A stretch of DNA of 64,000 nucleotides from Candidatus Levyibacteriota bacterium (GTDB lineage: Bacteria > Patescibacteriota > Microgenomatia > Levybacterales > UBA12049): positions 930-64,929 of the forward strand of contig JACROF010000003.1 in the NCBI GenBank assembly GCA_016214555.1, in the 5' to 3' direction. Every line of letters begins with the position of its first letter. The stretch's first letter is position 1. The notes beneath the pieces were generated by a model that had not been told where the DNA came from, did not search any database, and saw only the letters and a list, made by a program, of their open reading frames with translations. The translations under genes were made by a program, and so were the position numbers. Below, in pieces: positions 28,346 to 37,946 of the stretch.

Positions 28346-28756
28346 TTGAAAGGGAAAGAAATGACTGAGACAGCAAAACGCGGTGACTACGAAGTTGTCG
28401 CCTGTGTTGGCCTTGAGGAAATTGATGATCTCCCCTTCCGGGAGGCTCATCTTATCTGCTTGATTGGCATGTGTAATGGAAGCTGGAATATTACCTATGC
28501 CCGGGATGGCTCATGCTGTATGCGCATAGCTGTCACGAACGATCCTGAACTTTTTACGTATAGCCTCATCAAGAGCGCTGCATTCCTTGCTCAACTTCGC
28601 ATCCACAGTGCGAAATACACAACAGGTGAAAATATCGAACAATCGATCATATCTAGACTCAAGGGGCTTAAAGCTCCTCCGATAGTCTTTGCCAGATATC
28701 TCTGGCAATCAACGACCATGATCATTCGCGGCGTTCGAAACCAAAAGAAAGGTTAG
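28346..28756 (+). CDS. Hypothetical Cys-rich protein
   Basis: ORF with elevated GC; Cys cluster CLIGMCNGSW...GSCCM. Confidence 0.35.
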   Translation: MKGKEMTETAKRGDYEVVACVGLEEIDDLPFREAHLICLIGMCNGSWNITYARDGSCCMRIAVTNDPELFTYSLIKSAAFLAQLRIHSAKYTTGENIEQSIISRLKGLKAPPIVFARYLWQSTTMIIRGVRNQKKG

Positions 28757-28760
28757 ACAA

Positions 28761-29321
28761 ATGGACATTGTAGACATGCTAAAGCACAGTGTGACCATGG
28801 CGTACTTCTCAGAAGTCGCTCCTTGGTTTGCGGCAATTGAAGTTGTCGCACTCGGATTTTTCATTACGATGGCGATCCGCTACAGCATTGAGCCTGAACA
28901 CAAGCTATATTTCCTACCCTACTCAACGTTTTGGGCAGGTATGACGCTTGGATTTGGACTTATTGCGTACTTTGTCTCAAGAGGAACGCAGGACTATCAT
29001 CCAACGCATCACTGGTATGACCAATTCTGGTTCATGCTACTCATCGGTGCCATAGGGATGTTTATTGCCTTGCAAAATTCCTACAACACACAAAGAAACA
29101 CTGGTCGGGATATCTGGACACATAGTGAGTGGTGGTTGTGGCTTGTTGTCGCACCCATACTCACGCCTGTCTTGGTCCGAGGAATTATCGTCCTAGCAAA
29201 GACTGATGGAGCTGCCTCCACTAACTTTGCAGGAGTCATAATCGGCCTGTCTATCTATGTACTGACTCTATCTGTTGATGCTTTGAGATCACCCTCTAAA
29301 GCTTCAACAAAAAAAGAGTAA
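28761..29321 (+). CDS. Polytopic membrane protein, unknown function
   Basis: Five hydrophobic helices; lies 5 nt downstream of the previous ORF. Confidence 0.4.
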   Translation: MDIVDMLKHSVTMAYFSEVAPWFAAIEVVALGFFITMAIRYSIEPEHKLYFLPYSTFWAGMTLGFGLIAYFVSRGTQDYHPTHHWYDQFWFMLLIGAIGMFIALQNSYNTQRNTGRDIWTHSEWWLWLVVAPILTPVLVRGIIVLAKTDGAASTNFAGVIIGLSIYVLTLSVDALRSPSKASTKKE

Positions 29322-29340
29322 CTTTCCTTTTCTCCAATTT

Positions 29341-29376
29341 GGCATTCCGGGCTCGTCTCGGAATGCCATTTTTTTT
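29341..29376 (+). terminator. Rho-independent terminator
   Basis: GGCATTCCG-(9 nt)-CGGAATGCC followed by T8. Confidence 0.7.
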
Positions 29377-30034
29377 ATCTCTTCAAAATTTTTTTAAATC
29401 CCTTGAAGTAATAAAAAACCAATCCCATACACCCTAAAGCAAATCCTAAAAGACCTCCTCCTATAACATCAGAAAACCAATGCTCGCCTAAATAGATTCT
29501 GGACACAAGCATAATAACAACAAATACACCAACCAAAATTGATAAAAATATTTTTGTATGTTTTGACCATCCACTATGCCAGATAATAAAAAGGAGAACT
29601 GTTGCTAAAAAAACGGCTCTCCCACTATGGCCTGATGGATAGGAGAACTCTGTCCTTACGTGAAATTGATCAAACTGCACAATTTTATGTGTTCGAAGCA
29701 TAAATTCAGGAGGTGGCGGATGATCAACAAAAAATTTTCCAAAAAGTTCAATTACATGAAATCCCACAAAACCACCAAAAAGCATAATCCCAGAAATAAT
29801 TTTTCGCCAATAAATGAGGGTGAAAATTACTATAACAAGCATCGGCTCAAAGCTCCCTATGTCACTAAAAAATGAGAAAACATCATCAACATTACGAGTG
29901 ATGTTATTTTGAAGCCTCACGGTCGTATCAAAATCAATTCGAGTCAAAAAATCTTTGTGGACTAGATAAGAAAAAAGGATAAAAAGAAGAAAAAAACCGA
30001 TACCAACAAGAAAAAATTTCAGTTCTTTTCGCAT
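29375..30034 (-). CDS. PAP2-family phosphatase (undecaprenyl-diphosphatase-like)
   Basis: PSGHS and SRIYLGEHWFSDV motifs in a membrane protein. Confidence 0.7.
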   Translation of the reverse strand: MRKELKFFLVGIGFFLLFILFSYLVHKDFLTRIDFDTTVRLQNNITRNVDDVFSFFSDIGSFEPMLVIVIFTLIYWRKIISGIMLFGGFVGFHVIELFGKFFVDHPPPPEFMLRTHKIVQFDQFHVRTEFSYPSGHSGRAVFLATVLLFIIWHSGWSKHTKIFLSILVGVFVVIMLVSRIYLGEHWFSDVIGGGLLGFALGCMGLVFYYFKGFKKILKR

Positions 30035-30056
30035 CTATCTATCATAGCAAAAAGAC

Positions 30057-30317
30057 TCAGGGCTGTCTGGATCTGATGTATCTATGCAAAACCTTTGCAC
30101 CACCAGCACCTACGACTGCTGCAGATGCACCAATAGCAATTGATTTCCTATTTCTTGAAACAAAATTTACTACTTCGACAGCATTGCCTCCGACTGCTGT
30201 GATTGATGGATGAGGATCTCCGCGGGGAATGATAATATCATAGGGACTATCAACGATTTGGGCATATTCATTCATTTTGCCGACCTCATACGGATCGCGA
30301 CTCTCTCGCCCTCTCAT
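30057..30317 (-). CDS. Small Gly/Ala-rich hypothetical protein
   Basis: ORF only; lies 4 nt downstream of galU. Confidence 0.3.
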   Translation of the reverse strand: MRGRESRDPYEVGKMNEYAQIVDSPYDIIIPRGDPHPSITAVGGNAVEVVNFVSRNRKSIAIGASAAVVGAGGAKVLHRYIRSRQP

Positions 30318-30320
30318 ATC

Positions 30321-31205
30321 CTAATCAAGATTAAGTGTTTTTAGAAATGCCTTAAAATCTCCATTAATATCCGGATGCTCAAGCGCTAATTCTACAGCTG
30401 TCTTCATATACTCAAGCTTATTTCCTGTGTCATAATACTTACCATTCTCAATCTCAACAGCATAGACAGGAACCCCTGAGTCTTGCAGCTTGTTAATAGC
30501 ATCAACAAGCCAAATTTCTCCACCTTTCCCAGGCTCAAGTGACCTGAGCGCTCCAAAAAGTTCAGGAGGGACGATGTATGCTCCATGAGTTGCGATATTA
30601 GAAGGCGCCTCATCAGGCTCTGGTTTCTCAACAATACTTTTAATTTTATAAACATTTCCCTCGACAGGATCCAAATCAGCGATCCCATATCTCTTAAGAT
30701 CTTCTTTTTTATCAATTCTGACTCCCGATATAACAATTCCCCCGTATTTTTCATAGACATCAATCATCTGGGAAAGCCTGGGAGGGTTTGCGTAAATAAA
30801 TTCATCTCCCCATAAGACAGCAAAAGCTTCATTTTCAATAATTGGCTCTGCAGCAAGAACAGGAGTACCATTACCATAAGGCCCCTTCTGCCGTACATAA
30901 ATAAAATTAGCAAGATCTGCTATTTTTTTTGTCTCTTCAAGAAGCTTTTGCTTATTTCCCTGCTCTAAATTCTTGATAAGGTCCTGATTTGGTACATCAA
31001 AATGATCCTCAATTGCTCTTTTGAGAGCCCCTGTAACAATTACGATATCCTCAATACCGGAAGCTACAGCTTCCTCTACAACATATTGAATAACAGGCTT
31101 ATCTACAATAGGAAGCATTTCCTTAGGAAGAGCTTTTGTCTGAGGAAGAAATCTGGTCCCAAAACCAGCTGCGGGGATAACGGCTTTTCGTATCCTTTTT
31201 GCCAT
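30321..31205 (-). CDS. galU: UTP-glucose-1-phosphate uridylyltransferase
   Basis: KAVIPAAGFGTRFLP...LPKEMLPIVDKPVIQY. Confidence 0.85.
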   Translation of the reverse strand: MAKRIRKAVIPAAGFGTRFLPQTKALPKEMLPIVDKPVIQYVVEEAVASGIEDIVIVTGALKRAIEDHFDVPNQDLIKNLEQGNKQKLLEETKKIADLANFIYVRQKGPYGNGTPVLAAEPIIENEAFAVLWGDEFIYANPPRLSQMIDVYEKYGGIVISGVRIDKKEDLKRYGIADLDPVEGNVYKIKSIVEKPEPDEAPSNIATHGAYIVPPELFGALRSLEPGKGGEIWLVDAINKLQDSGVPVYAVEIENGKYYDTGNKLEYMKTAVELALEHPDINGDFKAFLKTLNLD

Positions 31206-31368
31206 ATTCTATTTTGTCACAAAAGATAAAATTTTACCTGCCATGACAAAGTAAAATTAATTGTACGCGAGCTCTCTTTACATGTCAATGAGGATTTGGT
31301 ACAATTACTTGATCTCAAATCATATATCTCAAAGCTCGTCTTGACATTTGAGTTTTACGGTTTGAGTT

Positions 31369-31557
31369 TTGTTTATGACATCGCCAGTTTCTTTTCTTAC
31401 CCAAACATATGATGAGTTAAAAAAAGTCGTCTGGCCAACACGTCAGCAACTTATGAAATTAATGCTGATAGTTATGTTTGCAAGTCTTGTTGTAGGACTC
31501 TACATCGGTGGCATAGACTTTGTTCTTACTAAACTAACAGAATCGTTATTAAAATAA
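31369..31557 (+). CDS. secE: Preprotein translocase subunit SecE
   Basis: EL+KVVWPTRQ followed by a single TM segment. Confidence 0.8.
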   Translation: MFMTSPVSFLTQTYDELKKVVWPTRQQLMKLMLIVMFASLVVGLYIGGIDFVLTKLTESLLK

Positions 31558-31569
31558 CAATAGTAACTT

Positions 31570-32160
31570 ATGACACAAGCAACCGATTTACCAAACGGAC
31601 CATCTGAAGAAGAAATTAAAAAAGCATCATTATCTGAGGCTGCTAAATGGTACATTGTTCATACCTATGCTGGTCATGAAAATAAAGTAGCTCGCAATCT
31701 CAAACAACGTGTTGAGACGATGGGTTTTGAGACCCGCATCTTTGACATCATCGTTCCTACTCGCCAAACCATTAAAGTGCAAGGTGGAAAAAAAGAAGAA
31801 GTCAGTGAAAAAATCTTTCCAGGATATGTTCTTGTCAAAATGATTCTCGATGATGAATCATGGCTTCTTGTTAGAACAACGCAAGGAGTTACAGCATTTA
31901 TTGGTGCTGGCAATAAACCAACGCCAATTTCAGAGAAAGAAGTTGAGGCTATTCAACAGTTCATGACACAAGAAGAACCTCTGTACAAAACTTCATTCTC
32001 TCTTGGTGAAGCGGTCAAAATCGTTGATGGACCTTTCGCAGATTTTCTGGGTACTATTGACAGCATAGATGAGACTCGTGGTAAACTACGCGTCTTGGTA
32101 AGTATCTTCGGACGAGAAACGCCCGTTGAGCTTGATTTCCTGCAAGTACAAAAAATATAA
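31570..32160 (+). CDS. nusG: Transcription termination/antitermination factor NusG
   Basis: KWYIVHTYAGHENKV (NGN domain) and a C-terminal KOW domain (GEAVKIVDGPFADFLGTI). Confidence 0.85.
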   Translation: MTQATDLPNGPSEEEIKKASLSEAAKWYIVHTYAGHENKVARNLKQRVETMGFETRIFDIIVPTRQTIKVQGGKKEEVSEKIFPGYVLVKMILDDESWLLVRTTQGVTAFIGAGNKPTPISEKEVEAIQQFMTQEEPLYKTSFSLGEAVKIVDGPFADFLGTIDSIDETRGKLRVLVSIFGRETPVELDFLQVQKI

Positions 32161-32243
32161 GAAGGATGTAGAAGATAGTAAGTAGCTTTTAGTTACGTTT
32201 TAACTACACGCTATTGCCTACTTTACTACCTACTAAACAAAAT

Positions 32244-32666
32244 ATGGCTAAAAAAATTAAAACATTAATAAAGCTTAATATCCAAGCAGGTGCAGCGACT
32301 CCTGCACCACCTGTTGGACCAGCTCTTGGTCAACACGGACTTCCTATCATGGAATTTGTAAAGGCCTTCAATGACAAAACAGCAGATCAGAAAGGCAATC
32401 TTCTTCCTGTTGTTATTACTGTTTTTGAAGACCGAACCTTTACTTTTATTACCAAAAAGCCTCCTATGGCTGAAATGATCAAAAAGGCACTTGGACGAGG
32501 CGGGTCACAAAAGCCTGGAAAAGAAAAAGCAGGTTCTATCACCAAATCCCAAGCTGAGCAAATTGCTAAAGACAAAATGGAAGATCTTAATACCGATGAT
32601 CTTGACATGGCAACACGAATCGTCGCGGGTACAGCACGAAGTATGGGAGTGGAGGTTTCAAGCTAA
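32244..32666 (+). CDS. rplK: Ribosomal protein L11
   Basis: [38 protein letters not shown]. The start is trimmed to the canonical Met. Confidence 0.9.
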   Translation: MAKKIKTLIKLNIQAGAATPAPPVGPALGQHGLPIMEFVKAFNDKTADQKGNLLPVVITVFEDRTFTFITKKPPMAEMIKKALGRGGSQKPGKEKAGSITKSQAEQIAKDKMEDLNTDDLDMATRIVAGTARSMGVEVSS

Positions 32667-32718
32667 TTCAAAATTTAGAATTCTGAATTCTAGATTGTGA
32701 ATTATGAATTAATAACAT

Positions 32719-33543
32719 ATGGGAAAAATTAGAGTAAAAGCATTAGGAGACGAAGAGTTAGAGCTCAAACAGGCTGAGGAAGCTAAAGTTCGTAAGGAAG
32801 CTAAAAAGGCTGAAAAACAAACTGAAATTTCTACTGATCAAGTTATTGAAAAAGTTGAAGCAGCTTCAGTTGAAGAAACAAAACTTCAGAAAAAACAGAA
32901 AAAAGAAAAATTTGTTAAGACAAATAAAAAAATCCGTTCAAAAAGTTATATGACAAAAGTAGATCTCGTTGATAAAAATAAAAATTATTCTCTTTCAGAG
33001 GCTATTACTCTCTTGCCTCAGTTAAAAAGGGCGAAATTTGATGAGACAGTCGAGCTTCATATTACGACAGTTGAAACAGGCGTCTCAGGCAGCGTTAGCC
33101 TTCCCCATGGAACTGGAAAACAAATGAGAATTGCTATCGCAAATGGTGCTGATCAAAAAACTCTTGATGAACTTCTTGCAAAAATTGAGGCAGGAAATAT
33201 CGATTTTGATATCCTTATTGCTACCCCTGACAGTATGCCAAAATTGGCAAAAGCAGCACGAGTTCTTGGACCTCGAGGACTTATGCCAAATCCAAAAAAT
33301 GGCACTGTTACTCCAAAACCTGAAGAAGTTGCTAAAAAGTATGAAGGTGGACAAATTAATTTCAAAACAGAGTCTAAATTCCCTCTTCTTCACATCTCTG
33401 TGGGAAAAGTCTCTTTTGGTGAAGATAAAATTCGCGAGAATGTTAAAACAGTTCTTAATGCAATTGATAGTAAAAAAATTAGAAGCATCACTCTCAAATC
33501 AACCATGTCCCCAGCAATTCGTTTAGATATTGCCTCCTTATAA
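32719..33543 (+). CDS. rplA: Ribosomal protein L1 with a roughly 70-aa K/E-rich N-terminal extension
   Basis: The canonical L1 core begins near residue 78 (KVD...YSLSEAITLL...KFDETVEL). The upstream in-frame K/E-rich stretch has no stop codon. Confidence 0.8.
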   Translation: MGKIRVKALGDEELELKQAEEAKVRKEAKKAEKQTEISTDQVIEKVEAASVEETKLQKKQKKEKFVKTNKKIRSKSYMTKVDLVDKNKNYSLSEAITLLPQLKRAKFDETVELHITTVETGVSGSVSLPHGTGKQMRIAIANGADQKTLDELLAKIEAGNIDFDILIATPDSMPKLAKAARVLGPRGLMPNPKNGTVTPKPEEVAKKYEGGQINFKTESKFPLLHISVGKVSFGEDKIRENVKTVLNAIDSKKIRSITLKSTMSPAIRLDIASL

Positions 33544-33651
33544 GTCCTGTTTACCCCGCGAAGCTTTAGCGAAGTAGGGCAATTCACCTCGACCTCGCCT
33601 CACTCTAACGCTTAAATTGACGACGGAGTAAACCTACCCTAGAATAAAGTT

Positions 33652-35076
33652 ATGCCTGAAAATGCTGAAGTAAATCCCGTTGTTGAACCAAAAGCTGAAT
33701 TTGACGTAGGCTTCTTTACCATAAATTTTCTCTCTACAGACCCTCATGGCTTTGAGGTTCAGACAAGACACAGCCTTCCCCGCCGTGACAGAGATCCTGT
33801 GACAGGATTGCCTGCCACTCCTCTTGCACTCAACCAAGAACAAAGAGGAGACCTCCGACGAGGCATGGGAACAGAGGCATTCTTTGCTCTTCCTGGAGAT
33901 TTCCCTCATGAAAAAAGGCCAGATGTTAGAAGACTTTTTAGCCTTATAGATCAAACAGCAACGCTTAAGGAGCAAGCTGGAACAACTGAACAACTGCAAG
34001 AAAAATTAATGGAGATGAGAATGCTTCGTAAAGAACTAAGGCCGTTATTTAAAGAATATAATCTTCGAGATAGATTAGGTCTTAAAGTTGGGACTCGAAA
34101 TGTGCAGAAAGTTGGAATACGTAAAATTGAACGGGCTGGAAATAAGCTTCTTATTGATACAAGACCTATTAGTTATCCTGTCTATGCCGTGGCAAGTAGC
34201 CCCGACGACACTGAAGAATCTCTGGATTTAGGCGCTGTTACAGGCACAGCAGGTGTTCTTATTACAGCAGATAACAAAATGATTCTTCAATACAGAAGCA
34301 AAAAAAATAGTCCTTATGGTGATATGCCAGGGGCGAGTTTTGCTGGCATGCTTGATGCTCGTTTCAAAAGAATAAAACTAGAAAATGGCAAAGAACTCAA
34401 AACAGGTGTTCTTCAAGATGTAGATGATACATATATCAAAGAAAGTTCAGCTGAGGAACGATTTCAGGAAATTGCTATCGTTGGTGAAGACGTAACAGAT
34501 TTTAGGATTATCGGCGAAGCTCGTGATCATGTCCGTGAACATGACGAATTTCTTTTGTTGGCAAAAACATCTCTTACAGCGCGTGAGGTGGCAAAAAGAA
34601 CTGAAAACGCTCCCCGAAGTAGCAATGCACGGAAATTAAATGGCCAGGGAGACTTTCATTTTGAAGAAAATTTTCTTGTGATAGATGCCACACCTGAGGC
34701 TATTGAGACCCTTGTAACGCAAGTCAAATGTCCTCGCCCACCTACCCATGATGCAGCTTTTATAGCTGCAGGCTATAACATGATGCTTGAAAGAACACAG
34801 GAAGAAGGCGGTGGGCTGAAAGCAGCTAATGAGTGGCTTGAAAGGATGCAAGAGGCAACTCGTCAAAACTACGAGGATATGAATAAAATAGTCAAGGAGT
34901 TCTATGAACAACATCCTGAAAAGCTTGAAGATAATAAGCCTGGCAAACCCAAACGAAATCCTAATGCATATGAACCCTACTACTTTCCAACCGAACAAGG
35001 GCTACCAGATCTCATGAATGAACTTTATAGAACTGGACTTATGACCAGACCCGAGACAGATTCCTCCCCAAGCTAG
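33652..35076 (+). CDS. Hypothetical protein (474 aa) inserted between rplA and rplJ
   Basis: Long ORF at about 47% GC with no recognisable motif. Confidence 0.5.
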   Translation: MPENAEVNPVVEPKAEFDVGFFTINFLSTDPHGFEVQTRHSLPRRDRDPVTGLPATPLALNQEQRGDLRRGMGTEAFFALPGDFPHEKRPDVRRLFSLIDQTATLKEQAGTTEQLQEKLMEMRMLRKELRPLFKEYNLRDRLGLKVGTRNVQKVGIRKIERAGNKLLIDTRPISYPVYAVASSPDDTEESLDLGAVTGTAGVLITADNKMILQYRSKKNSPYGDMPGASFAGMLDARFKRIKLENGKELKTGVLQDVDDTYIKESSAEERFQEIAIVGEDVTDFRIIGEARDHVREHDEFLLLAKTSLTAREVAKRTENAPRSSNARKLNGQGDFHFEENFLVIDATPEAIETLVTQVKCPRPPTHDAAFIAAGYNMMLERTQEEGGGLKAANEWLERMQEATRQNYEDMNKIVKEFYEQHPEKLEDNKPGKPKRNPNAYEPYYFPTEQGLPDLMNELYRTGLMTRPETDSSPS

Positions 35077-35142
35077 CCTTGACTCTCACGAGTAATCGTA
35101 CTATACTCACCCACAAGAATAAGCTGCCGAACTGGCAGCTTT

Positions 35143-36684
35143 TTGCATATTATGTCATCAAAAATAGAACTCGCCTCGTCTCCTCACCTTCCGCCTGAGA
35201 TGCAATCAGGGCAAAGTTATGACGGAAATATTATTCCTCGTAGATTTTTACCGCTTGATCCCAATGGTATGACTGGTCGAGATTTACAAATATATGCACA
35301 AGGATTCAAGGCTGGAGATGGTCAAAGACCCTCACCTACTCTTGGAGAGAACGACATACCACTCTCCACACACACAAGGCGTCAATTTGGATATGAAGCA
35401 GCGCTTGGACTGACATTACTTGCTGGAGCTGGAGGTTTATTAGCAAGATCGCTCTATGATACTCTCACAAATGTCAGCGCTCCTGATTTTGCTCAAAAAC
35501 TATTGGATAAAAAAGCTGACACAACTGCCCTAAATGGTGAGACAGTCTATCATGATATCCTTCCGGGAATGGTTGGGACTCACGGCTTCTCAGTACTATT
35601 TAATCCTCTTGAGCTTTCCGCATTCTCAGACAGAGCAGGAAAAAATTATAACTGCGTTATCTCGACAACAACCCTTGGTGAGGATGGTAGGGAAAAAGTT
35701 GAACCCTGCATCGTCTACAACAACGGAAATTCTCTTAAAATCCCTTACAGTTTTCAGATCTCTCTTGAGGGACAACAACGCGCATCATACATACCAATCG
35801 ACTGGTATCCAATCGACGAGACATCTTCAACTGTTGTCACTTTTCATACCGCACAAGCTGGTCAACAGCCTGATGAGGAACACGCAAGAAGATACACTTT
35901 TATGCCAGACGACTACACAAAAATCGAATGGCCCACATCAAATACAGTTGTCTCAATCATAAAAGAAAACCATGCCAGAATGCCGCAGGAATTAGAAAGT
36001 TCACTGCAAAATTTTTTCTCAAGAGTTGGAGCAGACTACACCCCACAAATATATCTACGCGGTAATGAATGGTCAAAAAATGGAAAACTCTATACACTAA
36101 CTGATAATAGTTCACGCCTTGTGCTTGGAGAATCATTGGGATACCTAGATGAAAAAGAGAGATACTATCATCTCAATGCAGCATGGGGAGAAGTTATCTT
36201 TGACAAAATGCTTGCATCATTCCCCAACACTTCCACCAGTGTTATTATAAGCACTTTTATAAAAACACACCGCGACGTATTAAGAATGAAAGATGAATAT
36301 GAGACTAATGAAATAGGAAGTCACGGAGCAGCAACGTATACTGAAGCACAGAATCCATATTTTAAGCTTTTTTTAGATCTTGATAAAATATTTAAACCTC
36401 AACGAAATAAAAATGGTGATCGCTACTATTTTACTGATCCAAGAGAAGAGTTTGGGAGAATACTTGCCATAATGATGAATAATCCAAGCGAACTTATTTT
36501 TCTTAAAGATCAATCTTCTCGTGAGCCTGCAGAATGCATAAAAAAACTCTGTGGGGCAATAAGGGCTGCTATTAACGAAGAACTGGTCGCTAACAAAGAA
36601 GACTCACTTGAGATTCTTAACAATCTGTTTCCTGATGCAAGCTCATCTTCAACATTTCTCCAATGGTTTTTCCAAACACAATAA
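35143..36684 (+). CDS. Hypothetical protein (513 aa) inserted between rplA and rplJ
   Basis: Long ORF with no recognisable motif. Confidence 0.5.
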   Translation: MHIMSSKIELASSPHLPPEMQSGQSYDGNIIPRRFLPLDPNGMTGRDLQIYAQGFKAGDGQRPSPTLGENDIPLSTHTRRQFGYEAALGLTLLAGAGGLLARSLYDTLTNVSAPDFAQKLLDKKADTTALNGETVYHDILPGMVGTHGFSVLFNPLELSAFSDRAGKNYNCVISTTTLGEDGREKVEPCIVYNNGNSLKIPYSFQISLEGQQRASYIPIDWYPIDETSSTVVTFHTAQAGQQPDEEHARRYTFMPDDYTKIEWPTSNTVVSIIKENHARMPQELESSLQNFFSRVGADYTPQIYLRGNEWSKNGKLYTLTDNSSRLVLGESLGYLDEKERYYHLNAAWGEVIFDKMLASFPNTSTSVIISTFIKTHRDVLRMKDEYETNEIGSHGAATYTEAQNPYFKLFLDLDKIFKPQRNKNGDRYYFTDPREEFGRILAIMMNNPSELIFLKDQSSREPAECIKKLCGAIRAAINEELVANKEDSLEILNNLFPDASSSSTFLQWFFQTQ

Positions 36685-36880
36685 TCATTCATGAGTTGAT
36701 CTTTTCTATCTATTCTGCTATGATACATAAGTCCAAAGACAGCAGGCCCAAAAGCATATAGCCTATGGCTAATAGCAAATGGTTAAACATTCCTGCCGAG
36801 GGCTTCACTAGGATTTAGTAATTAGGTAATAGCGCTTAGTTCAAAAACTACTCCCTACACACTACTACCTACATCCTTTA

Positions 36881-36902
36881 AAAGCACCTCGAGTGCTTTT
36901 TT
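36881..36902 (+). terminator. Hairpin plus T-run 12 nt upstream of rplJ; terminator for the inserted ORFs and/or an rplJL leader attenuator
   Basis: Stem AAAGCAC/GTGCTTT with a CTCGA loop, followed by T6. Confidence 0.5.
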
Positions 36903-36914
36903 ATTAGGAAATAT

Positions 36915-37478
36915 ATGGCTAACAAAACAGCATCAATGAAATACCAGCCAAAGCCTCACCAAGGCAAGGCTCGAAAAGAACAGCTTGTAGCAGAACTTTC
37001 AGAAAAGGTTCAAAAATCACAGGCTTTTGTTTTCGTAAATTACCAAGGCCTTACTCATCTTCAATTAGAGGCTATCAAAAAGACATCAAAAAAATTAGAT
37101 GCAGATTTTGTTGCTGTCAAAAATACCCTTATGCTTCGAGCTCTCTCTGAATACAACCTTTCAGATGAAGACAAGAAAAATTTTGAACAACCAACAGCTA
37201 CTCTTTTTATCTATGGAGATATCGTTGAGCCACTCAAAAACCTCGCAAAAACTGCAAAAGAACTTGATTTGCCAAAAATTAAATTTGGCATTATTGAAAA
37301 AAATCCTATTACAGCAGAGCAGGTTCTCAAATTGGCAACGCTTCCACCACTTCCTCAACTTCGAGCACAACTTTTGGGCATGATGATGTCTCCTATTCAA
37401 GGTCTACATCGTGCACTTTCATGGAATATGCAAACACTTGTTATGACACTTAATGCAATCGCTCAAAAAAAAGCTTAA
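36915..37478 (+). CDS. rplJ: Ribosomal protein L10
   Basis: Typical L10 sequence and its position upstream of rplL. Confidence 0.85.
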   Translation: MANKTASMKYQPKPHQGKARKEQLVAELSEKVQKSQAFVFVNYQGLTHLQLEAIKKTSKKLDADFVAVKNTLMLRALSEYNLSDEDKKNFEQPTATLFIYGDIVEPLKNLAKTAKELDLPKIKFGIIEKNPITAEQVLKLATLPPLPQLRAQLLGMMMSPIQGLHRALSWNMQTLVMTLNAIAQKKA

Positions 37479-37496
37479 AGGGGGTGAACAGATTTT

Positions 37497-37892
37497 ATGG
37501 CAAAACTAACAAATGATGAATTAATGAAAGCAATTGAAGAGATGTCTGTTCTCGAACTTTCTGAGCTTGTTAAAGCTCTTGAAGAAAAATTCGGAGTTTC
37601 TGCAGCAGCTATGGCTGTAGCAGCAGCTCCAGCATCAGGCGCAGCAGCAAGTGCTGATGCAGCCCCAGCTGAAGAACAAACAGTCTTCAATGTTATTTTG
37701 GCTAGCGCTGGCGCTAACAAGATCGCTGTTATTAAGGCTATTCGAGAACTCGTTCCAACACTTGGTCTTAAGGAAGCAAAAGATCTTGCTGACACAGCAC
37801 CAAAAGAAGTTATGACACAAGTCAACAAAAAAACTGCTGATGAGGCAAAAGAAAAACTCACCGCAGCAGGAGCAACTGTTGAATTGAAGTAA
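37497..37892 (+). CDS. rplL: Ribosomal protein L7/L12
   Basis: N-terminal dimerisation helix, an Ala-rich hinge, and a C-terminal domain ending [17 protein letters not shown]. Confidence 0.9.
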   Translation: MAKLTNDELMKAIEEMSVLELSELVKALEEKFGVSAAAMAVAAAPASGAAASADAAPAEEQTVFNVILASAGANKIAVIKAIRELVPTLGLKEAKDLADTAPKEVMTQVNKKTADEAKEKLTAAGATVELK

Positions 37893-37894
37893 CA

Positions 37895-37946
37895 AAAAAC
37901 CTCGTCCTCTCTAAAAATAATTTATTTTGCGGCCGAGGTTTTTTTG
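37895..37946 (+). terminator. Terminator-like hairpin after rplL
   Basis: AAAAACCTCG ... CGAGGTTTTTTT enclosing a long loop. Confidence 0.45.

Noticed and set aside
33652-35076. Possible Nudix-like motif in the 474-aa inserted protein (AGVLITADNKMILQYRSKK...GDMPG).
   Set aside because: No convincing Nudix box (GX5EX7REUXEEXGU) could be aligned. Left as unknown.
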